This document shows positions 53,925-64,000 of a DNA stretch of 64,000 bases, one piece after another; position 1 is the first letter of the stretch; the number at the start of each line of letters is the position of its first letter. Under the pieces are notes generated by a model that ran no database searches, was not told where the DNA came from, and saw only the letters and a list, made by a program, of their open reading frames with translations. The stretch covers positions 141,670,001 to 141,734,000 of the forward strand of contig OX597815.1 of the NCBI GenBank assembly GCA_951406725.2. Direction: 5' to 3'. Made by a program: the position numbers and the translations under genes. The DNA comes from Octopus vulgaris. Lineage: Eukaryota.

Positions 53925-56900
53925 ATATTATCGTTGGAATTTATTATACGAATAACGATTTTCTCTGAAACTTAAAAACAGGTTGCAAAACGATACGTCG
54001 AATGAAATGCTAAACTATTATATATTTATCTAAAAATATAAGCGTTTACTTTATAAGACAGTTTGATAAGTACAATTTACGATTCATATTATAATTCATT
54101 GGCATAATGTCAAATTTCTAGAAATTTTCTGAATATTGTTTCTAAAATCTATATTTCATACACTTAGTAACAATTGTTGAAAATTGCTATACAATCTAAT
54201 AGAAAGTATGACCGCAGTGTAATATCAATGTAGACATGGGCTGATTGAAAGCGATATGAAATATATTTCATACAAAGGAAATTCTGTGGCCATGACATGT
54301 ATGCATTGCTCCTCATAAGATTCCGGCTACAATTGTATATTGATAAAATGTCATGTCAAAGTGTTCTGCTGTGCGCTTCATCATATCCATGACTTATTTC
54401 GGGCATGTTGTAGTACGAAATCTAAGTTAAATGTCTGGAGTCACCAGTTATATAGCGTATTGACGAAGATGAATTCACGGATAAATAGCTTGCCGAAGAT
54501 ATTCCGAATAGTTTACCGAAAACATTCTATTATGCGTCTTATATAAGTCAAACTAAATGTGTATGAGTGCAGAGTTTGTTTTTGTGTTTCGATGGGTTTT
54601 TTTTTATGTATGTGCGTGTTGTCAGTATACTTATGCAAATACCTATGTTGGTAGGCTTGTAATTTATTGTAATATTATTTGAAAATGCAATTACTTCAAA
54701 GTTGGAAGTTATTAAGAATATTTGAAAGTATATATATGTAAAATATTCCTGATAGAAGAATGTATAAGTGGTTTCACTCTTTTTAGCTTATCGAACACGT
54801 GTAGTGTAAAAGAAAATGTCTTTTATTTTCATCTGCATAGTTGTACATATTTTCCATCATGTCCCTATCTCTGTTCGTGTTTCAGACTGGCAGGCTGTAT
54901 CTAAGATGTATATTTATCTCTTATTATAATAATTAATAATGTTAAACTTTTATTTGAGGCAAAAAGAAGATATATTGAATTTCTCATTCAGAAAAATGTC
55001 TTTTTCCATTCCAAATCATTCCCAACAGATGGATTCTTGATATGTTGTTTAAATATCCTGACACGGCCCATTAATTCTGTTCCTGTTCATTTGGCTTAGT
55101 TCCAATTTCATTATGGTCATATTATTTTTCGTTCTGAAATTCATACTTGCATTAACATTAAACTATATTCCATTCTTAATTTTTTTTTGCATCATACTTG
55201 CTTCAGTCTAATCACACATCCTCCAACATTTTGTTACCTGCATCTGCTGTTATGAATTTTGCGTTTCTGTTTTAAAGACTATGTGGTTGTCTTCAACTGT
55301 TAATAGTTTTTGACAGTTTAGTGTTTGACTGTTTAGTGTTTATTATTCATTTATTTATATATTTTGTATTTGATGATTGACGTATAGTTGGAAATTATAG
55401 TTCTGCCAAATGTAAAAGTCTGTGAATTTAGGATTCTAAGTGACTGCAAAGTGGGAACGGAGGTAAGAAATACAATTTCTTTTTATTTCTTACCTCCCTT
55501 TGTGAATGAGTCTCCGTAAATGAGGGATTCAAATTTGCTTTTCTTTGTTTGTAGCATTATTGACTGCGTTATCAGATCAGTTTTTAGCTCTTCCATTCAA
55601 ATGTGTCACATATTTGATTATATTTCACATATACGTCTTGCTGTTTTCTTTGGAATATTGTTCTCATGAGTGGGGTTCGTGGCAAAACCTAAAGAAGTAT
55701 ATATTTGTGTGTGTATGTGTCATTTCGGTACAAATCAATTAGAAATTTCCTTTACCTTATTTATCGCATCATCCAGTAATTGAAGTTCCATTCCATTTAT
55801 TTCAAGTTTTAACTGTATCGATTCATGATAGTGAGATTGATTAATTTGCAGACACACTATATTCTTGTTTGCCTTCTCAATATTATAGGACTGTCCTCCA
55901 GTTTATTTTTCAACCGAATTAGAAATGCTAATCCAAAATTATCTAATATTAGAAGTGCATCACTTTTCTTGAAAGAATTACATTATCGAAATTGGTACGA
56001 AACTGAGAACAACTTTTTTTTCAATAGCTGGTCATTTTATTTGAAGATAGATATAAAGAACTAGTAACGCTTTCCTATGAATGCTTTCTAGACTTTCACC
56101 TGAATTATATGTGGGTACTTTTCTATTCGGTATGACATTGCCTCCAATCTTCATCACATGTGATATTTGTACAGAGACTGGTCTTTTTCTTGGGTGTGAT
56201 TTAGAGAGTTAATGTGATATCACAATAGTTAAAAACTCCATTTCTGTTTGGAACAAACTTCAACACTATCTCCAGCAAATTGCGTAACCATTGGGTGTCT
56301 AATGTTAATCTAGCAAAACTGTGCGCGATTTTTGTATCAGGCTTTTTGAAAACTTAAATGATATGTGGAGGAATTTATGCTGTTATGGATTTTCGAAGTT
56401 TTGTAGTCCATAGTATAATTGTTACCCAGAATTTAGGTAGGTAAGACAAATTATTTGTTGTTAAGTTGCTCTTAGATTTCTCCTATAATTTTCTATGTTC
56501 TTCAAACTTTTGAGAGCTTCTGGAGCAAATTCTTTATAGTTCTACCAGTTCTCTTCCATAATTGATTCCGTAATACTGTAGCCACTGAGTTTTCGATTTC
56601 AGTATTTTTACTTAAATCTCCATATTTCCAAAAATTGAATTTCTATAGAAAAATATATCGCGTATTTTTTTCCTCTGTAACTTAATCTTGCCTTCATGCA
56701 TTATAACACTGGATATGATGATAAGAAGTGTTTGTAACGGTTCTTTGCAGGTTAACTTCAAATTCCACTGCGAATAAATCAGCGTTCATTCATTCGGAAT
56801 TGGTAATCCTGCTATGAATCCTGAGTAGTATCGGTGAAAAACCTAGAGCATCGACCGAGTTTTCAATTTCAGATATTTTAATTCTATTAGCTAAGCCTGC

Positions 56901-57080
56901 AATAGCGCTATTGCAAAGCTCTTCCGACATGGAGACCACATAGTTGCAGGCATCGACAACTGGTAATTAGTCTTCTCCAACAAAAATTCGAAATACTGAT
57001 AAACTGTCTCGGAAGACGTAGGAATATATGTACACCAACGCACAAACACCGACACACACGTGTATACATATATTTATATA

Positions 57081-57129
<49 letters not shown>

Positions 57130-57249
57130 AACACACACATGTATATGTATATATGTATACGTACATACATATATATATATATACACACATATATCATTTT
57201 TGTTTTCATTTTATCTTGTTTCAGCTCACGAGCTGTGGCCATGCTGGGG

Positions 57250-58453
57250 CAAGAAAGTTCTTGCGACTTTTAACCTTTAAATTCAGATGCACATATCTCG
57301 GCTCAAACAAAGCTTTATTAATCGAAATAAACACCATCACAATCAACACTTTTGCACACGCGAAACAAGTTTAATTATGCCAGCAGCTTAAAAATCCTGC
57401 GTTCTGGTGGCAATAAAGTCGTTAAAGATATGTTTGGCATCGTCTTGGTTTTTGAAGCATTTCTCACACTGGAAGTTGACGAGATGTTTGCAAAAGGGGC
57501 AGTTGTCGGGCGAGAGGTCTGGTGAGTATGGTGGATGAATCACAGTTTCGTAGCCCAATTAGTTCAACTTCTGCAGGGTCAGTTGTGCAACTTGCGTCCA
57601 AGCTTTGTTGTGGAGAAAAATTCGTCCTTATGTATTGACCAGTTGTTGTCGGAGTTTCTTATGCATTTCATCCATTTGCTGACAGTACTTCTCCGCCGTA
57701 ATGGTTTCACCGGGATTCAAAAAGCTGTGATGGAAGGGTCCGGCTGCAGACCGCTAAACAGCCAATATGATCTTCTTTGAGTTCAACTTTGGGAAGTGCC
57801 GTGGAGCTTCATCGGTGTCCAACCACTGAGCTGAGCGTCTCTGGTTGTCGTAAAAAAATCTACTTTTCATTGCAAGTCACAATACGGTCGAGAAACGGGT
57901 CATAGAAGAGGGGAAGACGACCCTTCAAAAAGGCTTTTTTTTTTATTGGGGGAGGGGGGTTCTATTCATGCGGCACTCATTTCTCAAGTATTTTTGTTTT
58001 TCTAATAATTTTCAAGTGGTTGGAAATTGTCGTATACGATACGTTTAATTCAGAAGCAAACTCTCGCACAGTTGTGCCGACCACTACGCTTATCACATTC
58101 AAGACTTTCGTCACTGCTACGAAATTACTTGAACCACCATTGTGCTGTACGTTCATTAGTGGTTCCTGGGCCAAAAGCATCGTTGATATCGCGAGCTGTT
58201 TCAGCAGCTTTTCGGCCGAGCTTGAAGTGGAATAAAGAACTGTGCTAATTTGCTTTTTGTCCATGTTGTATTCAACGTTCCGGAAAAAATGGCCTAATTA
58301 TTCAAAAGGAAAATTAGTAACATTGTAAGGTAGAGCGAAAAAGGGTCTTTAAAATGATATATAGAGTCAAAGTAATTTAACGAAAATTAATTTGAAAATT
58401 ACATCATTTAATACCAAGCTTTAAAATTAGCAAGAACTTTCTTGACAACCTAA
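57250..58453 (-). mobile_element. Mariner (cecropia/Hsmar1-like), near full length, decayed
   Basis: MDKKQI..FKLGRKAAETARDINDAFGPGTTNERTAQWWF, *VPHE, FLNPGETITAEKYCQQMDEMH, PPYSPDLSP; TIR TA|ttaggttgtcaagaaagttcttgc; other TIR truncated next to a SINE tail. Confidence 0.93.
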
Positions 58454-58820
58454 TATATTGTCTCTGGAGAGAATCATTCTGTTTTAATGTATTATTAATA
58501 CATTCACCGTTTTGATTTCTACTCGTTTACTTATTTATCATTTCTAAACTTTTCATTTTTTCTTGCAACCTCTTAATCTGTTCGTTATAACCGCTACGTT
58601 CGTTTTTGTTTCTTTTTGTGCGTATGTATTTCTGTGTGAACCTCTGTCTCCTTGCGTGTGCACGTTTCAGTGTTTCTAAGTGTATGGGTTTGTTTGATTA
58701 TGTACTTGCATCTGTTTTATATACATATGTGTCTTCATATGTGTCCTTGTTTAATTGTGCGTGTGTGAAGTGTGCATGTGTGTGTATATGGTCATGTGTT
58801 GCATAGTTTTGGCATATGTA

Positions 58821-59994
58821 CAGGGGTTGGACAAAATAATAGAAACACTTGGCATCATAACTTTGAAATATCTATAAAACTGCCAAGATCTTCTTTTAAT
58901 GTATTTTAAATTATCATTAGTATTGCTTAGCATGTTTCGCTAAAATTGATGTATCTTTTCAGATATCATTAGAAAAAGTTAATTAAAATTAATTAAAATG
59001 ACAGATCTATCGGACTTTCAAAGAGGATAGATTGTTGGTGCTCGTATAGCAGGCGCTAGCGTAACGAAAACAGCTGAATTGTTTGGTGTATCAAGAAGTG
59101 CTCTCTCGAAAGTAATGACGCCTGAGAAACAGGGAAAAAGCCTCTCGTCGAAACAGAACTCCGAAAGAAAACCAAGACTTTTAGATGGGGACCGTCGAAC
59201 ACTTACGTGAATTGTTTGAAAGTATCACGAAAGTACACCTCCCAAAATTACTGCAGAGATTAATCGCCACATCGAGAACCCTGTTTCCACAAAGACTGTT
59301 CCCCAGGAGCCGCATTTCACGAGAGGGCTGCTATCAGAAAACCACTACTTTCAAAAACAAACGTTACAAAGCGTTTGGAGTTGAAATAAAAACTTACAGA
59401 ATTCGTCATTAGTGTAGTAGAAAATATGTTATTTTCTCAGACGAGCCATCCTTCACTTTATATCCGATCACCGGCCGAGTAAACGTGTGTAGACAGCCAA
59501 AAGAAGCATTTGGCGCAGACTGCTTTCTTTCAACTGTTAAACATGGAAGAGGATCTGTGATGATCTAGGTGGTTATATGTTGGAAATCATGGCAGAATTA
59601 ATAGTCAAGGCTATTTAAGCATTTTATCTGATCAAATTCTTCCTACGGTTGCGGAACTGTTTCCTGAAAGAAACGCAATCTGGGAAGAAGATAATGCACC
59701 AAGCCACACAGCTGAATTTTTACTAAATCGCACGAGGAACATTCTAGTGAGGTTGAACATCTTATCTGGCCAACACAGTCCCCAGATCTCAATATTATTG
59801 AACATTTATGGTGCATTTTAGAAAAACAAGTAAGGAGTCGATATCCACCACTATCGTCATTGCAAGAACTGGATACTATTTTAGCTGAAAAATGGACAAA
59901 AATTCCTTTGGAAACAATTCAAATTTTGTACGAGTCCATATCTCGTGGAATTCAAGATGTAATTACTGCCAAAAGCAGTCATACCCCATATTAC
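58821..59994 (+). mobile_element. Tc1-like DD36E (Incomer-type) element, decayed; left TIR only
   Basis: TA|caggggttggacaaaata; ATG 58998 MTDLSDFQRG; IFSDE, DNAPSH..WPTQSPDLNIIEHLW. Confidence 0.9.
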
Positions 59995-60634
59995 TTATGC
60001 AAACGTCTATTTACTTATCTATCAGTTTACATACACATCGATTTACCTACTTACATATTTGTATAAAATATATATACATATATATATGTGTGTATGGCTG
60101 CGTGTGTGTGTATGTGTGTGTGTATGTGTGTGTGTATGTGTGTGTGTATGTGTGTGTGTGTGTGTATATATATGTATGTATGTATATATGTATACAGAAA
60201 AATATGTTTGCGGGCGGTGAACATAAGAAATGTTCATCTTACCTCTAGGAAGAACGCCAGATAAATAGAGTACTTAAAATGGATAACCTAGTACTCGAGT
60301 TTAGGACTTTGTAGAATACGTTTGTTATCGTAAATCAGGTTAGCCTTCTTCATCTAGGTTCCCCGTAGACGAAATTTAAAATATCCGTTACATATGCCTG
60401 TGTATTCGCCTGAAACTCCTAGCCGTTTAACAGAACCGAGATCAGTGAAAAAGTTTTATATATAAAAGCGGTGCTCCAGCATGGCCACAGTCACATGACT
60501 GAAACAAGTAAAAGCGTAAAGAGAGTATATATATAATAAATATTATTGCAATAGAATAATATTATTTTCTGATTGAACACAACTTTACATTGAGTCGTAG
60601 TCCTATTCCCAGCAAAAATTGGTGCTTTGTTGTG

Positions 60635-60678
<44 letters not shown>

Positions 60679-60684
<6 letters not shown>

Positions 60685-61075
60685 TAAATTAGAGACAAAA
60701 CCACTATTAGGCAAATCAAACAATGAAAAACTTAAGCCAATACATATGATTAATTTATATTATTTAAATATATAACAAAATTATTAAAAAATATAATTAA
60801 TATCACACTACGTTCGTTTCATGCCTGCTAACATCTTCAAATTTTTGAGTCGCAGTCATTCATCAGGTGGTTTAAATATTTTTCTTGGCGAGGTTTAAAC
60901 AATGTTATATATTTAAATAATATAAATTAATCATATGTATTGGCTTAAGTTTTTCATTGTTTGATTTGCCTAATTTGTCTCTAATTTAATATAATATAAT
61001 ATTTTACTATAAAATTGGATTCAATACTAAATCTGATTTTTCCCTGTAAGTTTGGATTTATTCAATAATATTTAT
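60679..61075 (-). mobile_element. (TA)n-embedded foldback element enclosing a hammerhead
   Basis: IR 60679-60777/60903-60994; hammerhead in the loop. Confidence 0.75.
60806..60869 (-). ncRNA. Type I hammerhead ribozyme motif with intact core
   Basis: Minus strand cac-CTGATGA-ATGACTGC..loop..GCAGGCAT-GAAA-cgaacg-TA-gtg. Confidence 0.8.
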
Positions 61076-61089
61076 TATTATTATATATT

Positions 61090-61145
<56 letters not shown>

Positions 61146-62478
61146 ATATGTGTATGTGTGTGTGCGTGTGTGTATGCATGTATGTATGAACGTATGCCTG
61201 TCACTTATGGCATATCAGGTCACTTATGAGGCTCTCATAAGTGTGACTTGTAACATGGAATCCAGTACAACCTGTTACATGTTCGGGTTGTCGGCGACTA
61301 AAGTGGTGACCAGTAGAACTTTAGATCTAAAATTATCATTAAATGTAAGCCCCTCAACATGTTTCTATTATTGAAGTGGAAAACAGTACCCTCTCTTGAT
61401 GAAGCGTTCAGCGTCACATATTTAAAACTTTCCCCGCTAATATAATTATACCTATCACATTAATTTTTTATTAAAGATTCAACGAACGCACGTCTGAATT
61501 CTTATACATATTTCATTCTACTTTCCTCTCTTACCTTTTCCGACTCGTCGTTTCTCGTACTGTACTTTTTCGCTTTCTATTAAACAGGAACTATACCGTG
61601 TTTTGAGATTCAATGATTGCATGAAATATACAGCACTCTAGAAAGCTGGTCCGGCCATTGTATTTTCAAAGACATGTATTTTCAAAGACAGTTGCATGTT
61701 TTAAATCCTGCGACTATTAAATTATATATATATACGCATTCATGCATGCATTCATAGATCCAAGCATCGAATGCCAGCGTTATAGCGGGGCAAATAAATG
61801 TAAATAAACCGTTGCATCCATTATCAAACGCCTGTTGAAGATGAATATATAGAAATCGTTTTCTGAAAAATATCAAATCTCATATCAAGTCAACGACATT
61901 CACTATACTCAATCACTGTTCATATCATGCAATTAGATCCGAAAGAACGATATTTATTTTATAGAGATCGATATCACATATAAATATATTATTTTCTTAT
62001 TAACATATTTTTCAGTAGCCTCACATAATATCTGCCTGCAAAAGTACATATTCTAACGCGAGATAGGTGATGTCTTTATTGGTGAGTTATGTGTTGTTAA
62101 CCATGTACTAACTGCTCATTACAATTTCGTTTTTAATTCAGTACTTCGTCACTATTAGCGCACTTAAAATCTTTGTAACGTCTAAATACCTTTGATAGGT
62201 TTCTGTATTGTATTTTGGATGAAATACAAAGACTAGACGAACCAAAGCGGTTACTCGCATGCATAATATGACAGCATAACTATCACCATCTTTCGCTCAA
62301 TAGTTTAGTTGCCTATCTGGTCACAAGCAAATATATACACCCTCTTCTTTCTCTCACGCTTGACCAAACGGAACATCCAGAATGTGACAGGTGGATAAAA
62401 AAAACAGTTCAAACATTTGGTTCGTTCATCTTTACAGCTGAGTAGGTAGAAGGAACTTACAAAGAAATAGCTTGATCA

Positions 62479-62735
62479 ATGACACAATGCTGCATAATTA
62501 ATAAATTGAAAGGAAGAAACGATAGCACGATTCAACAGACCTTCGGCATATCTTTCTGCGAAACCTGTGTACTTGAGATTAAATACATATACAGAATGTT
62601 GGGAAAGAAATTACTCAAACAGTCTATTCACTGGCAAACCATATTTGGGATATTTTACATCGTTCATAGTAAATAATATACATTTATGTATCTGGCATTT
62701 GACAGTAAATTTGTGTGAAGCTACATCACAAAAGT
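62479..62735 (+). pseudogene. PTP catalytic-domain C-terminal remnant (Q-loop region)
   Basis: ORF 62479-62676 continues in frame as IVHSK*YTFMYLAF, resembling MVQT.EQY.FIY.AL with TAA at the Gln position; gtaagt donor at 62736. Confidence 0.5.
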
Positions 62736-64000
62736 GTAAGTTTGTGGTCGCTGACTAATTACATAAATATTTAGTTTTGCATGTATACATATATGTGTAT
62801 AACTATATAGAGAGTTGGTTGATAAAATCGACTCACCTATACTGTCATCTTCATTTATCTTTTAATCCATCAAGGGGTTATTTAGTAATTAGTGGTAGAC
62901 AGAAGATGAACTCTTTCTTTCGATTAGTGAAAAAAAATGATCATTAAAATGTTTACCCCAAATGAGCAATTCTTCTCCATCTAATATCCTACTGCCAATA
63001 ACATTTCCAATTATAGAGTAATTATTCAGAAAATTAGTTACACCTTTTATTGTTGATTTGATTTAGTTTATAATATAATGTATACTGAAGTAAGTTGGAA
63101 CAGGTTCAATTTGCGTATTTCTGTTATTTAGCAACTGTTCATATCATTCAGCTCTAATTCAGCTCTAACATGCATCCTAATATCTGTATCCAAAAGTACA
63201 TTAATTTTTATGTTCATATATATTTCTGACCCTACCAGCATGTAATAACATGACTTCCTAATACTTGTCTTTATCCAATGATGGTAAGCAATAGTAATAT
63301 TTTGAATCAGATCAATAACTACAAACTAGGTAGAATTTGTCAGGATTTTGCTGCGTGCTTAATGATGTATTATTGAGGCCTTCTAGAAAATGATATATTC
63401 TTATTGTTCTTGAGATAATAGATGATATTGTACAAACACAGGACATTCAAAGTAGAGATTGTTCTTTCAATCACAGAAGTCAAGCTATATAATTTGAGAT
63501 ATCTTTTCTCTCACCAATATAGTCGTTTAATGAAATGAATTCGGCAATTTGGCAAAAGTGCCGTTTCATTTATTATGCTTAACCACAAGTATGCATGTTT
63601 GAAATCAAAGGAATGAACTAGCAAACTTATCACTTCTCAAATATTTTAGTAATCAAATTGTATTCGCCCATTTTATTTTAAGGATTGGGTGGAGTTATTT
63701 CCTGTTAGGTATTTTTATACCTGAAGTGTAAAGTCATTTTATTTCAGTTCCGAATGTGAAAGAGAAAGTCAACTCATCCATTTAGAATGATCTAGTAAAA
63801 AAGCTTATTTTACGATTTTTATTGTTTTACTCGTCTGTAGACATTGTAGCATTTGGGTGATTTGTATTAAAACCAATGTCAGAGTTTGTTTAAATGCACA
63901 TTAAATTTTCTAGAGACGTCACAATGATTTCAACAAAAATGTAAGTCTTTCGAAGCGGTTCGACACATATATAAGTAGTTATTTTAATTGTCTACTAATT

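Overview
AT-rich animal genomic DNA, most likely octopus (coleoid cephalopod), judged from SINE families I recognise and from very dense (TA)n/(CA)n/(TATC)n microsatellites. I see no intact protein-coding gene; most ORFs in the track are microsatellite read-throughs or transposon debris. The window holds decayed Tc1/mariner elements (DD34E with IR/DR ends, two DD36E-type copies, two DD41D-type, two mariners, a MITE), a hAT remnant, two non-autonomous Helitrons, LINE remnants (RTE, R4/Dong-type, an ORF1-only L1/Tx1-like element) and many tRNA-derived SINEs. Two less obvious layers stand out. (1) Short inserts next to (TA)n tracts show foldback or partial-tandem structure, and five carry type-I hammerhead-like motifs (one with a near-intact core). 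Two have a unit of about 355-360 bp with one hammerhead, resembling Penelope-derived retrozymes. (2) Scattered + strand exon-like remnants (EGF, fucolectin/FTP-like, WSC-like, FN3, PTP motifs, in receptor order) suggest a decayed intron-containing receptor tyrosine phosphatase pseudogene across nearly the whole window. All assignments are by eye; no searches were run.
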